NCBI GenBank assembly: GCA_033549025.1
Contig: JAWSUS010000002.1
Coordinates: 64,001-128,000, forward strand
DNA length: 64,000 nt
Direction of reading: 5' to 3'
DNA from: Desulfuromonadales bacterium
GTDB taxonomy: Bacteria; Desulfobacterota; Desulfuromonadia; Desulfuromonadales; SZUA-540
In this document: piece after piece, positions 62,999-64,000 of the stretch
Layout of the letters: each line of letters begins with the position of its first letter
Numbering within the stretch: the first letter of the stretch is position 1
Translations under genes and position numbers: made by a program
Notes under the pieces: model-generated
Database searches by the model: none
The model's input: the letters and a program-made list of their open reading frames with translations, nothing else
What the model was told of the DNA's origin: nothing

Positions 62999-63436
62999 AT
63001 GGCTCACACCTTCAATCTCAGCCTCGCCGTCCAGGATCTGGACAACACGGAGACGTTTTACGGGCAGATACTGGGTCTGCCGGTGGAGCGCTTCGTCCCC
63101 GGCGAGGGTGCCGCGCCCCTGCTGCTGTTGCCCCTGGGGGACGCCTGTCTCCTCATCCGGGAGATCGCCGCCGCCGAAGCCATGCACCCCGGCCTGTTGC
63201 AGAACCTGCACCGCCATCCCCTCGGCGTTGGGGTCAGCCTCGAATTCACCGTCGATTCGCTGGCGCCCATCCGCCGCCAGCTGGAACGCACCAACTGGCC
63301 CATCCTCTACGAGCTGGAGGATCGCCAGTTCGAACGCGAAGAGCTCTGGGTGCACGACCCCGACGGCTACCTGATCGTCCTGCATCGGGAGCCGGCAGAC
63401 GTCAAGGAAGTGGGCGAGCGCAGGCGGCCGGCCTGA
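62999..63436 (+). CDS. VOC/glyoxalase-family protein
   Basis: LAVQDLD...FYGQILGL; C-terminal VHDPDGY. Confidence 0.85.
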   Translation: MAHTFNLSLAVQDLDNTETFYGQILGLPVERFVPGEGAAPLLLLPLGDACLLIREIAAAEAMHPGLLQNLHRHPLGVGVSLEFTVDSLAPIRRQLERTNWPILYELEDRQFEREELWVHDPDGYLIVLHREPADVKEVGERRRPA

Positions 63437-63501
63437 ACCTGTTATACTTGGGCGAGGCACCGTACGGTCCCATCAACCCCATCAGCAGACTGGATACAAC
63501 C

Positions 63502-64000
63502 ATGTCCCTGACCCGTCATGCGGAAATCACCCGCATTATCGACACCCTCTCCGGCAACTACCTGCAGGGGAAGATCCGGGCCATCAAGCTGGCCATGATC
63601 ACCCTGCTCTCCGGCGGCCACCTGCTGCTGGAGGACATCCCCGGCCTCGGCAAGACGACGCTGGCCCTGGCCCTGGCCAAAGCCCTGGGGCTCTCCTTCG
63701 GGCGGGTGCAGTGCACCAGCGACCTTATGCCTTCGGACATCACCGGGCTGTCGATCTACGATCGCAGCAGTGGGTCCTTTAAATTCGTGCCGGGGCCGGT
63801 CTTCAACAATGTGGTACTGGTGGACGAGATCAACCGCAGCATGCCCAAGACCCAGAGCGCCCTGCTCGAAGCCATGGAAGAGCGCCGGGTCACCGTCGAG
63901 GGGGTAACCCACAGCCTGCCCGACCCCTTTCTGGTCATCGCCACCCAGAACCCGCTGGAGCAGGTCGGCACCTACCCTTTGCCCGAATCCCAGCTCGACC
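63502..64000 (+). CDS. MoxR-family AAA+ ATPase (partial, runs off the window end)
   Basis: Hand translation: [65 protein letters not shown]. Confidence 0.92.
   Translation, partial: MSLTRHAEITRIIDTLSGNYLQGKIRAIKLAMITLLSGGHLLLEDIPGLGKTTLALALAKALGLSFGRVQCTSDLMPSDITGLSIYDRSSGSFKFVPGPVFNNVVLVDEINRSMPKTQSALLEAMEERRVTVEGVTHSLPDPFLVIATQNPLEQVGTYPLPESQLD

Overview
Chromosomal window from a Desulfuromonadales/Geobacter-like deltaproteobacterium, judged by gene content and order (mglAB-por-recR-ybaB-dnaX, sfrAB, fused nuoBCD, multiheme cytochromes). Bases 1-10.3 kb are an accessory block next to the 3' end of tRNA-Asn. It holds a LysR regulator divergent from an ExtH-like rhodanese lipoprotein (Gly-rich tail ending GGGC) and an ExtI-like porin, followed by a start-codon-less remnant of a small secreted gene. 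Next to these is an arsR-arsC-acr3-arsP operon extended by two thioredoxin-fold proteins, CcdA and a secreted rhodanese. The rest is mostly core: mglAB, PFOR, recR/ybaB/dnaX, SRP RNA, tRNAs (Asn, Ser, Lys, Glu), tatA, an outer-membrane barrel with a monoheme cytochrome, serA-like/hisZ/purA, rnhA, a complete nuo operon, apbE, sfrAB, grxC, yitJ, a heme-PAS sensor with no output domain, rpe/rsmB/fmt/def, sucCD, transaldolase, a multiheme cytochrome, folK and a MoxR ATPase. The clearest non-obvious signals are an E. coli-style -1 frameshift cassette in dnaX, a SerA homolog with a displaced catalytic Arg, a leaderless arsR with duplicated operators, a LysR operator at about -64, a GTAG REP doublet that supplies the arsC stop codon, a structured element carrying a duplicated tRNA-Ser 3' end, and a UGA plus hairpin after the ExtH-like gene. 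All calls come from reading motifs by eye; no database searches were run.
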